A DNA stretch of 64,000 bases from an uncultured virus (IMG/VR IMGVR_UViG_2061766007_000483) (lineage: Duplodnaviria > Heunggongvirae > Uroviricota > Caudoviricetes). Under the pieces are notes generated by a model. The model saw nothing but the letters and a program-made list of their open reading frames with translations, was not told the origin of the DNA and ran no database searches. Both the position numbers and the translations under genes were made by a program. Below, piece by piece: positions 63,739 to 64,000 of this stretch; within the stretch, counting starts at the first letter, position 1, and each line of letters begins with the position of its first letter. The stretch is taken from the IMG/VR virus record IMGVR_UViG_2061766007_000483; one strand, given 5' to 3'.

Positions 63739-64000
63739 ATCTCTATTTTGTTTGTTCTTCAAATTCGTTTTTGTCCGTCCGTGCGACAAGCAGGGTCATC
63801 CACAAACCGTCCTTCTCAACAAGTGCGATTCCGATTGCATACACATTGTCATCGGTCTCGCCGAGCAGTGTGGTGGTCAGCGACCGCACACCATAGTCAT
63901 AGTTCTCCGCCCACGGTTCCAATACAACGATGTCATTGTAGGAAAGCACCTGATTTGTGATGACCTCAACACCCTCCGACTCCGTGCAGTCTGACACCAG

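Noticed and set aside
1..64000. Stop-codon reassignment (TAG to Gln, as in Lak phages)
   Set aside because: Long conserved genes are intact in the standard code and TAG ends genes at sensible boundaries (e.g. 7569, 22849, 50420).
1..64000. tRNA, rRNA, integrase or transposase genes
   Set aside because: None recognised by eye; short structured RNAs could be missed without a covariance search.

Overview
This 64-kb window is a fragment of a large T4-related (jumbo/huge) phage genome. It encodes a gp21-type prohead protease fused to a repetitive scaffold, a clamp-loader subunit, an ATP-dependent DNA ligase, baseplate-like genes and an ADP-ribosyltransferase, and has about 19 T4-type late promoters (TATAAATA). 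AT-rich leaders without Shine-Dalgarno motifs suggest a Bacteroidota host (inference). The main feature is a minimal phage-encoded type V CRISPR system: a single 786-aa RuvC effector of the Cas-lambda family (27933-30293) followed directly by a 12-repeat, 11-spacer array (30421-31183), with no cas1/cas2/cas4 in the window. The array changes repeat sequence partway while keeping its hairpin. Other structure not explained by standard annotation: (1) about 42 otherwise diverse small proteins sharing an N-terminal M-(A/G)-R/K-L/I-T/S-D/E tag, in translationally coupled arrays headed by an ATTATATTCAAT motif; (2) about 15 mostly late-promoter genes sharing an N-terminus like the T4 capsid-targeting sequence; (3) a dispersed 19-bp palindrome GATATATCA-W-TGATATATC; (4) a stand-alone ORF resembling the Gol segment of the T4 major capsid protein; (5) a late-expressed glycosyltransferase cluster beside the head protease. 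All family assignments come from motif recognition by eye; no database searches were run. Several N gaps make some gene boundaries uncertain.
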